Of a stretch of 64,000 bases of DNA, positions 56,482 to 64,000 are shown in pieces. Where the stretch lies: the NCBI GenBank assembly GCA_965237525.1, contig CBDEFO010000003.1, forward strand, positions 320,001-384,000, in the 5' to 3' direction. The stretch comes from Candidatus Latescibacterota bacterium (lineage in GTDB: Bacteria > Latescibacterota > CBDEFO01). Within the stretch, counting starts at the first letter, position 1; each line of letters starts with the position of its first letter. Below the pieces are notes generated by a model. That model worked only from the letters and a program-made list of their open reading frames with translations, was not told where the DNA came from and ran no database searches. The position numbers were made by a program, and so were the translations under genes.

Positions 56482-57044
56482 CTAAGTCGATCCAGATTTC
56501 TTCCGTAGAGCGCTGAGATGGGTATCACTTCGTCTTTTGATTCAAGCTCGACCAGTTGGGAGATCATTACGATTACGTCGTCAGATGAGATCAAGTCTGC
56601 CTTGTTGAGCGCAAGAATTAGCGGAATCCTTATATCCTGAAGCCTGTTCTTTATATGCTCATCGAAAGTGTCCTCAAAGCGACACGCATCTACCATCAAC
56701 AGGGCCACGTCGGCCTCTTTTATTGAGTGGTCCAGCTGTCTGCCCATAGCCTCTTGGAGTCTGTATTTGGGCTTTAGGACACTGGGCGTATCCAGGAAGA
56801 TCATCTGAGACGTTGCACTCGTCGCTATGCCCAGGACGTTGGTTCTGGTGGTCTGCGCCTTGGGCGTAACGATGGAGAGCTTCTGTCCTATAAGCGCGTT
56901 AAACAGCGTAGACTTGCCGACATTGGGCTTTCCTATTATGGCCACATAGCCGCTTTTGTATGCGTCACCTGGGGAGATATCCCCCTCTCTATTCGTGTCT
57001 TTCAAGGATTGTTCCATATCAGGAAGGGACGGAAGGACTCATCT

Positions 57045-57854
57045 TTATAGACTCTGCTTCGCGTATCTAACAGCGTTTTGGAAGATAGCCATTCCATCCC
57101 CTCTTTCTTTAAGCCCCTCTCTGGTCCATCTGGGATGCTGCGTGGGATGAATGTGCCTTTCAGGGTGAGGCATCAGACCGAATATCCTTCCCGTTAGATC
57201 GCATATTCCAGCTATACGATCCGTCGAACCGTTGGGATTCCAGGGGTAGCCCGCTGGATTTCCGTGATCGTCAACGTATCTGAGGACTATCTGACGGCTC
57301 TCCACAAGGGCAGACAGTGTCTCTTGGTCTCTTGTTATGAATTTTCCTTCGCCGTGCGCCACGGGTAGATATATCTTGCTATCTAGATCCTGTGTGAAGA
57401 CGCACTTGGTCTCTTCGTCTTTTTCCAGATAGACCCATCTGTCTTCAAATTTTCCGGAGTCGTTGTTTGTGAGCGTGGCCTCAACCAGTGGGGCTTCCGC
57501 CTGTGGCTTGTAAGATCCCTCCAAAACCTGAAGGAGTCCCGCTTTGACGAGGGCCTGGAAGCCGTTGCATATGCCGATTACGAGCTTTCCGTCCGCTATG
57601 AACCTCCCAATCTGATCGTAAAGTTTGTACCTGAGTTCGTTGGCAAGTATCTTGCCGGCTGCGACATCGTCTCCGTAGGTGAAGCCTCCGGGAAGGGCGA
57701 GGATGTGATACTCGGAGAGGAAGGAAGGAGCTTCTATTACGCGTTTGATATGGATCAGACTCGTCTCGGCGCCTGCTTGCTGGAGGGCAAACTCGGTCTC
57801 CTGGTCGCAGTTGGTTCCGGCGGTCCTTAATATTATGGCTTTGACTTCCGCCAT
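57045..57854 (-). CDS. purQ: Phosphoribosylformylglycinamidine synthase I
   Basis: GTNCD, PGGFTYGD, GICNGFQ, PVAHGEG, NPNGS, GLMPHPER. Confidence 0.96.
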   Translation of the reverse strand: MAEVKAIILRTAGTNCDQETEFALQQAGAETSLIHIKRVIEAPSFLSEYHILALPGGFTYGDDVAAGKILANELRYKLYDQIGRFIADGKLVIGICNGFQALVKAGLLQVLEGSYKPQAEAPLVEATLTNNDSGKFEDRWVYLEKDEETKCVFTQDLDSKIYLPVAHGEGKFITRDQETLSALVESRQIVLRYVDDHGNPAGYPWNPNGSTDRIAGICDLTGRIFGLMPHPERHIHPTQHPRWTREGLKERGDGMAIFQNAVRYAKQSL

Positions 57855-57860
57855 TATCCC

Positions 57861-59267
57861 CTAATCCTTATATTCTTCAGAATCTATCCCGAATTCGTCC
57901 ATCAATCTTTTTAGATGTCTCGGAGTTATTTCAAGAATCAAGGCGGCCCTACCGATTGTACCTTTGGATTGGGAAAGGGCGTTGTCCAAGATTTCAAATT
58001 TAGCCCTGTTCACCGCTTCTCTTAGAGTCAGGCCTCCGATCTGGTTTTCATCGGGGGAAAGAGAGGATTCTTCAAGCTCCCGGTACATTTCAAGCTCTAA
58101 ATCTTCAGGCTCGATGTATCTATCGCTCCCGCCGAACAGGAGGGAATTCTCTATAGCGTTTTTGAGTTCTCTGACGTTTCCGGGCCAATCGTATCGGGAG
58201 ATCTTGTGTAAGGATTCGTCGGAGAGTTGTTTGTATATCTCAAGGTTTTTGGAGTACAGATCCAGGAAGTATTCGGCAAGGAGAGGTATGTCGCTCCTGC
58301 GCTCTCTTAAGAGAGGCAGTTCTATGATAGCGACTCTGAGCCTGTGATAAAGGTCGTCCCGGAACTGGCCCGATTTCACAAGTTCGGAGAGGTCTCTGTT
58401 CGTGGCGACGATGATTCTGGCCTCAAGTTGCAACTGACTATTTCCGCCGAGGCGTTCGAAGGTCCTGTCCTGGAGCACCCTTAAGAGCTTGATCTGCACC
58501 TCTATGGGGATGTTCTCCACCTCATCCAGAAAGAGCGTCCCGGAGCCTGCCGACTCCAGCTTTGCGATGCGCCTCTGCGTGGCTCCGGTGTAGGCTCCCT
58601 TTTCGTGTCCGAATAGTTCGCTAGATGCAAGGTCAGGCGAAGTCTTTGAGACATCGGCGACCACAAAGGGGGATCTACCGCTCAAGGTGTGTATAGCCCT
58701 TGCCACAAGTTCTTTGCCTGTTCCGGTCTCCCCCTTTATAAGGATTGTGGAATCTACACGAGCGGCTTTTTGTATCCTGTCGAAGACCTTGAGCATCTCT
58801 TCGGATTTCCCTATGATTCCCATAAACCTATCCGACTCGTTGAGCCTCTCTTTGAGTCTTTCGTTTTCGCGCTTGAGATCTGCTCTTTCCAATGCCCTAT
58901 CTACAATGACAGAAAGGACATCCCTCCTCACGGGCTTTTCTAAGAAATCGTAGGCTCCCGACTTGAGCATTGCCTCTATCTTGGTGGCATCTCTTTGCGA
59001 GCCACTGATCACGACGACCTCTGTGGAGCGGTCCTTCTTTCTGACAGCGCTTAAAAACTCGAGCCCGTCTCTGCTGCTTCCCGTGTCGAATTTGAGATCC
59101 AGGAGGATAAGGTCCGGCTTTGCGCGTTCATATTGCCTTAAGCCCTCTTGAGGGTCTGAGGCGATAACGACCTTGCAGTCCTTGGAAGAGAGTATCTCAG
59201 CGTAGAGGTCTCTATTGTACTCTTCGTCTTCGACTATGAGGATAGTATATCTGATCCGAGAGTCCAT
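57861..59267 (-). CDS. NtrC-family sigma54-dependent response regulator
   Basis: Receiver domain (EDE, LLD, KP); GETGTGKE, GAYTGA, FLDE, WPGNVREL; HTH. Confidence 0.95.
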   Translation of the reverse strand: MDSRIRYTILIVEDEEYNRDLYAEILSSKDCKVVIASDPQEGLRQYERAKPDLILLDLKFDTGSSRDGLEFLSAVRKKDRSTEVVVISGSQRDATKIEAMLKSGAYDFLEKPVRRDVLSVIVDRALERADLKRENERLKERLNESDRFMGIIGKSEEMLKVFDRIQKAARVDSTILIKGETGTGKELVARAIHTLSGRSPFVVADVSKTSPDLASSELFGHEKGAYTGATQRRIAKLESAGSGTLFLDEVENIPIEVQIKLLRVLQDRTFERLGGNSQLQLEARIIVATNRDLSELVKSGQFRDDLYHRLRVAIIELPLLRERRSDIPLLAEYFLDLYSKNLEIYKQLSDESLHKISRYDWPGNVRELKNAIENSLLFGGSDRYIEPEDLELEMYRELEESSLSPDENQIGGLTLREAVNRAKFEILDNALSQSKGTIGRAALILEITPRHLKRLMDEFGIDSEEYKD

Positions 59268-59284
59268 CGTCTATTGCTCCAAAA

Positions 59285-59645
59285 CAGTAGACAGATTGTA
59301 GGGCCGAGGCGCCCTGGGTGCTCTGTTGATAGGGGACAAGCCACAAAGTGGTCGCCTCAAGGGCAGACCTATCTGTCTGCCCTTACATATAGATATATAC
59401 ATAGGGATGAACCTTCCCCATGAATGTAGGGGCGTTCCCCGATAGATTCAATCGGTGACCACTCATCCCAGGGGCAGATACACGGGTCTGCCTCTACAAC
59501 AGATGTACGAACATGCCTTTACGAATGTGAGAGCTTCCCCCACGCGTTCGCTCCCTACCCACGTCGCCGCCTTCTTTCCAAGCCGTCATTGCAAGGATGC
59601 CTGCCCGCGAACGATTGTATCGGGGGTTCGCCCCGAAGCAATCTC
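59285..59645. repeat. Composite repeat cluster (heptamer, GTAG-REP, 21-bp hairpin, GTCATTGC palindrome)
   Basis: cagtagacag; gggcagac...gtctgccc units; gtaggggcg; gtcattgc...gaagcaatctc. Confidence 0.72.
59437..59457 (+). repeat. 21-bp hairpin repeat, copy 8
   Basis: ccccgatagattcaatcggtg inside a GTAGGGGCG REP unit. Confidence 0.82.
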
Positions 59646-59673
59646 CGTTAGACTGCCTCTCCCTGTATGCAGT

Positions 59674-61128
59674 CTACTTGTCAGTCACCGGAAGTTTGAC
59701 GATGAAGGTAGTGCCGGCCCTGACCTGGCTTTGGACGTCAATGGCCCCGCCATGTTTTTTTACCACTTCAAGGGACCCAGGAAGTCCGATGCCCATGCCG
59801 CCCTTCTTGTCGGTGGTGAAGAAATTGAATATATCCCGAATCTTCTCCTCCGGTATTCCGATCCCTGTGTCGCTGAACTTGATCTCTGCGCTCCGGCTAT
59901 TATGCCCCTTGATGTCGATGGACAAAGAACCGCCGTCTTCCATCGCCTGATAGGCGTTTAGAACGATATTCGAGAAAACATCTACCATCTGTTCGGGATC
60001 GACTTCTATCGGCGAAACGTCTTTGCTGTACTCTTTGTGAACCTGTATATTCTCGGGCCTGGGAATTCTGTTCAGAGAGGCGTCTATGAGGGTGGGGATA
60101 CTGTAAGGCTCTTTTCGCGGCTCGTCGGGAACGGCTCTCCTCATCCTGCTTATGTCCTTTTTGACCAGCCCCAGATGTCTGTCTATTCCATCCAGCGCCC
60201 TTTCGAGCCTGAGATCGGACGTGCCCCCTTTGAGTGTCCTTTCTCTAATTTCGGCAGCAAACGTATCTATAGGATTGAGGAGGTTGCTGATATTGTGGGC
60301 TATCCTCCAGGTGCTCCTTCCTACCACCGCCAGTCTTTCGGACTCCTTCAGTTCATCCTGATGCTTCTTAATCTCAGAGAGCATGTATTTAAAGGCTCTG
60401 GAAAGCCCTCCTATCTCGTCGATTCTATCTATGCCTGAAATATCTGCGTCCAATGCTCCTCCCGACGGAGTCGAGGCTCGACCTATTTTCTGGACATCTT
60501 CTGTGAGCCGCTTTATGGGCTTTACCGTCTGTCTTATAAGAACATAGAAAAATGTAAGAGACAGCAGCGCGGCGGATAGCCCCACGATGCTCAGAATAGG
60601 TACAGTAGACATCACAGGGCGGTAGTAGCCTATCTTGAGGACAAATTCCCCGCGGTCCGATTCTATCCTCACTCCCACATCCTGTACCATCTCTCCCCTG
60701 TAGCGTATCTCATCGGAGATGATACCTTTGCCGTTATAGAGAAGCTCTTCTACGAGGATGTAATCTCTGGGATCAGTGGAATACCCCTGTTCCTCCTCAA
60801 CGTCTGTGGAAAGGAGGAACAAATGATCTTCACCTATTATCTTGATGTAGGCTATAAAGTCGCTCTTGTATTTGCTCTTGAGGAATTGGAATACAGCGTT
60901 TGCGGTGTAGTTATCTACGAGGGAACTTACAATATTGGCGACTTCTTTGGTTATGGGTTCGTATCCCTTTTCGAACATCTGGGTTTCATATTGTCGTCTT
61001 TCGAGCATTGTGGATATGAGGGAGAAGAGAGCGACGACCAGTATGGATATTACGAATATAACCGTAGTCTTAAAGAGTATACCGACACGGAATCTGCGCT
61101 CGATCCCTTTGACTTCGACCTCACTCAC
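59674..61128 (-). CDS. HAMP-domain sensor histidine kinase
   Basis: Two TM segments; HAMP (DEIGGLSRAF); IAHNISNLL H-box; NIVLNA, DTGIGI, GMGIGL; GTG 61128 after GGAGG. Confidence 0.92.
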   Translation of the reverse strand: MSEVEVKGIERRFRVGILFKTTVIFVISILVVALFSLISTMLERRQYETQMFEKGYEPITKEVANIVSSLVDNYTANAVFQFLKSKYKSDFIAYIKIIGEDHLFLLSTDVEEEQGYSTDPRDYILVEELLYNGKGIISDEIRYRGEMVQDVGVRIESDRGEFVLKIGYYRPVMSTVPILSIVGLSAALLSLTFFYVLIRQTVKPIKRLTEDVQKIGRASTPSGGALDADISGIDRIDEIGGLSRAFKYMLSEIKKHQDELKESERLAVVGRSTWRIAHNISNLLNPIDTFAAEIRERTLKGGTSDLRLERALDGIDRHLGLVKKDISRMRRAVPDEPRKEPYSIPTLIDASLNRIPRPENIQVHKEYSKDVSPIEVDPEQMVDVFSNIVLNAYQAMEDGGSLSIDIKGHNSRSAEIKFSDTGIGIPEEKIRDIFNFFTTDKKGGMGIGLPGSLEVVKKHGGAIDVQSQVRAGTTFIVKLPVTDK

Positions 61129-61246
61129 TGATCTATCGCCTCCATCCGAAAGACAGTAGTCACTGGAAAGTGCATATCCGCCTATGTATAAAAATGTAAC
61201 GATATTAAGGTCAAAAAGCAACCTTATTGTGAACCCCCATAAACAA

Positions 61247-61273
61247 AGTAGACAGTAGACAGGGCACCGCCTC
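61247..61273 (-). repeat. GAGGCGGTGCC-(CTGTCTA)n heptamer element
   Basis: Same element at 62531-62583 and 63610-63648. Confidence 0.75.
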
Positions 61274-61351
61274 ATATCCCATTTTTTTGTGTTTCAGTCA
61301 AAAAATCTTTCCCCATATAGGAAGATTGCGGAACATAGCGAACCTTGCGGC

Positions 61352-61380
61352 TTGACATACGAAACGATAGAGTATATACT
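61352..61380 (+). promoter_or_regulatory. Sigma70 promoter
   Basis: TTGACA-17-TATACT upstream of 61419. Confidence 0.65.
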
Positions 61381-61418
61381 TATAGACACAAATGAGCAAT
61401 AGATAAGGGAAACCATGT

Positions 61419-62406
61419 ATGGGAACTGAGACTTACACAAAGGTACCAAACGATATTATGGAAGGAATTTTGTGCAAGGGATTGCTCTCAAAAAGAGAAT
61501 CTCAAATCTTCTGTGTCATACTCAGAGAAAGGTATAACGGCCAGTGGACAGTACGTCCTCCAAGCGTTCAAAAGATCGCCGACTTTACTCGACTTGATAG
61601 AGCAAATGTATCCACTACTATAGGACAGATGCTGAAGAAAAATATCATAAGACAAAGAGACGGAAAGAAAGGAAGATACTATCAAATTAATACAGATCCC
61701 CCAACTTGGATCACTAAAGGTTGTCAAAACAACAACAATTGTTCCTCTAATCCATTGTCCCACAAGGCGATGCCGAGTCCGAAGGAAGTACCTAAAGGAA
61801 GTATCTAAGAAAGTATATGATGAAGGTGGTAGTACGGTCGCTACGGAACCAGACGAGACAGCATCGAAGTCTCTACAGACTTCAGCTTCAGCATCATCTT
61901 TCATAGAAATTCTATCGCAGAACATACCCGACTTCCTCGAAGACGGAAGGATACTTGAAGTAGTTAAGCGATGCATCGAAGAGGACCCAGATGTAGATGA
62001 ACGGCAGATTGCCCAGAACTTCATAAACTGGAAGGATCGCCCTACACTTACTCCCCAAAACATCGAATCCATCATTCAAAATCAATTTAGAACTGCCAGG
62101 GAAAAGGGCTATTATCGCAAAGAGAGGAAGATAAACCGTCACCCTGGACAGATCCGAAAGACAAAGCAGTACATAGAAGAACTGAGAGAAACAGACGGCG
62201 AGTTAGAGTCACAAACCCCTGAGGAGAGACAGGCAAAATGGGCAGGCATTAAGCAAATAATGGAGGAAAGCTTAAGAAAGGCTAAAGAGTTTAGAAAAAG
62301 GAAGGAGTCCGCTAACCGAGACTTCAAGAGCGGCAGAATAAGCAGAGAGGAGTACGATAGCATCTTGAAGCAGATTCGCGATGAGGCGCGGGATGCCTGG
62401 GGATAA
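61419..62406 (+). pseudogene. Phage replication protein O-like initiator, +1 frameshift at 61794-61796
   Basis: YTKVPNDIME...LSKRESQIF.VILR...IADFTRLDRANVS winged-helix N-terminus; a second frame stays open to TAA 62406. Confidence 0.68.
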
Positions 62407-62442
62407 GGAGAATCAGCAGACAAGCAAAGGCGAAGGTTAGCT

Positions 62443-62487
62443 ACCCCCCTTTAATTCCCCCCTTATTAAGGGGGGACACAGGGGGGT
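62443..62487. repeat. C/G-run nested palindrome (REP-like)
   Basis: ACCCCCCT-TTAAT-TCCCCCCTTA-T-TAAGGGGGGA-CAC-AGGGGGGT. Confidence 0.65.
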
Positions 62488-62549
62488 GACACGAAGACTA
62501 TCTTTTGCCAGGCGTGCCTTGGTGGCTGAAGAGGCGGTACCCTGTCTAC

Positions 62550-62570
62550 CCCCGATAGATTCCATCGGAG
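62550..62570 (+). repeat. 21-bp hairpin repeat, copy 9
   Basis: ccccgatagattccatcggag interrupting a heptamer element, between CTAC direct repeats. Confidence 0.8.
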
Positions 62571-62581
62571 GCTACTGTCTA

Positions 62582-63097
62582 CTATTTAATCACCTTGATC
62601 TCTTTGGAGGACTCAAATGGAGAAGCATGATTAGGCTCCTCCACAGCTCTTAACGTAACGCTCTCCTCCAGGGCGATGGTGAAGGTGACCTTAGGCTTGG
62701 TGTGGATCGGATGCAGATAGGCTCGTGCAAGTTCGATTTCGCCTTTGTATATGGCTATCCAGCGGACGTGATGTTCAAAGAGCGTGGGATGGAGAGCTCC
62801 CGCCCCGACCGTTACGGTCACATCGAACCATTCACCCGCTTTAACTTTGTCCGGGGCATCTATCCTGGGGACGTGCTTGGGGTCATCCTCCACCTTGACT
62901 CTATTGATCTCTTTGAAATTAGTCACGACACTTTCATCTGTTACCTGATCCGCCATCTTTTCACTGGCAAAGACCAACGGGACGACCGTGCCGAAGATAA
63001 TCCACAGGGCAATGGCAGAAAATGCAGAGCCCAATCCGTAGATAAATCTTACCTTGACATTTGAGCACTTTTTAGCTATATCTAACCTTGTATTCAC
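62582..63097 (-). CDS. Exported superoxide-reductase (neelaredoxin/desulfoferrodoxin)-fold protein lacking the Cys ligand
   Basis: KHVPRIDAPDKVKAGEWFDVTV, HP...EHHVRWI, P.VTF; CNxH motif replaced by EPNH; hydrophobic N-terminus. Confidence 0.78.
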   Translation of the reverse strand: MNTRLDIAKKCSNVKVRFIYGLGSAFSAIALWIIFGTVVPLVFASEKMADQVTDESVVTNFKEINRVKVEDDPKHVPRIDAPDKVKAGEWFDVTVTVGAGALHPTLFEHHVRWIAIYKGEIELARAYLHPIHTKPKVTFTIALEESVTLRAVEEPNHASPFESSKEIKVIK

Positions 63098-63129
63098 GAT
63101 AAGCCTCCTGATGTTTAGGATTTAACCCT

Positions 63130-63211
63130 GATATGCCAATTACGAGGCGATATGCCAATTGCGAGACCAATTACGAGTCCTAATTATAACTGTTGCGGAA
63201 TCTCATGTCAA
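63130..63211 (-). promoter_or_regulatory. Consensus sigma70 promoter with three downstream direct repeats
   Basis: Minus strand TTGACA-17-TATAAT (63211-63183); CCAATTRCGAG at 63136, 63155 and 63167. Confidence 0.75.
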
Positions 63212-63353
63212 GAGAAAAATTGGAGATTCTTTCGGCCCGAAGCAATCTCAACCTGCAAGATCGTCTGAACAGCAAAATCCAGATTCCTTCGCTATTGCCC
63301 GTAATGACGGTTTAGGAGGCTCACAGTGACGATTCAGTAGGAGATGTCCACAA

Positions 63354-63548
63354 ATGAAGCAGATGGTTATTTCTCTGTTCTGTATAGTCTTTCAGTTCGA
63401 TGAGGCGAACGAGCAGAAGTGGATAAGAGAGTGGCTCTTCTACGCCAACTCTGTGAGATATGCAGCGGCTATGTCAGGCCCCGACTACGCCACCTTTAAG
63501 AACGGCTGGTGGGAACTGACGAAGAACCTGCAGGAAATGCGGGCTTAA
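63354..63548 (+). other. Small ORF, possibly a C-terminal remnant of an HAO-like multiheme cytochrome
   Basis: RYAAAMSGPDY...GWWEL resembles the HAO-family AMMxPDYxxWHG segment; no CxxCH present. Confidence 0.35.
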
Positions 63549-63575
63549 TCGAGTTAAAGACAAGGAGGAAACTTG

Positions 63576-64000
<425 letters not shown>

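Larger units (their letters stand above)
54559..57017 (-). pseudogene. era: GTPase Era split by an IS1182 (G-domain 56466-57017; KH part 54559-54962)
   Basis: SGYVAIIGKPNVGKSTL, QTTR, DTPS, NKAD, ISAL; then ELIREE...EEIPYS...SQKGIVIG..G...LWVKV..DWR; removing the IS restores the frame. Confidence 0.93.

Noticed and set aside
59604..59626. Tenth copy of the 21-bp hairpin (cgattgtatcggggg)
   Set aside because: Only one arm matches well; too degenerate to count
61129..61275. N-terminal extensions given by the ORF track (kinase; likewise 1239, 3348, 45164 and 51976)
   Set aside because: They run through repeats or upstream genes; better RBS-supported starts lie downstream
61419..62406. Prophage
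   Set aside because: Only one phage-like gene; no structural, integrase or lysis genes
6838..62570. CRISPR interpretation of the 21-bp palindrome
   Set aside because: Copies are dispersed over 56 kb in both orientations, with no regular spacers and no cas genes

Overview
Mosaic bacterial chromosome segment. The PorV-like barrel, FlgD-Ig/T9SS-type C-terminal tails and cohesin/dockerin modules suggest an FCB-superphylum organism such as Latescibacterota or KSB1 (inference only). In order: (1) hydantoinase/oxoprolinase A/B operon with a small Zn-finger protein and two SDRs (1-5 kb); (2) Tn3 and WD40 remnants, a ~240-bp MITE and a Gfo/Idh/MocA gene; (3) a secreted-protein island (8.6-29 kb) with a PorV-barrel/transglutaminase/TPR fusion, two paralogous beta-propeller proteins, a giant FG-GAP/18xIPT/dockerin/cohesin protein, a small cohesin-IPT-dockerin partner, and a GAF-AAA+ activator next to a sigma54 promoter; (4) a degraded ISL3 with nested elements; (5) a pentose-phosphate/alpha-glucan operon with many broken genes (33-49 kb); (6) an IS1595 remnant, an intact IS481-like element and a deleted RND pump; (7) purD (ATT start), era split by an IS1182, purQ, an NtrC-type two-component pair, an orphan phage O-like replication gene, a Cys-less superoxide-reductase-like protein and a partial secreted protein. 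The most striking unexplained signal is a 21-bp hairpin, CCCCGATAGATTCAATCGGGG, in at least 9 copies, with filled and empty versions of the same sites inside this window. No tRNA, rRNA or CRISPR array was seen. All family calls are by motif recognition, not database search.
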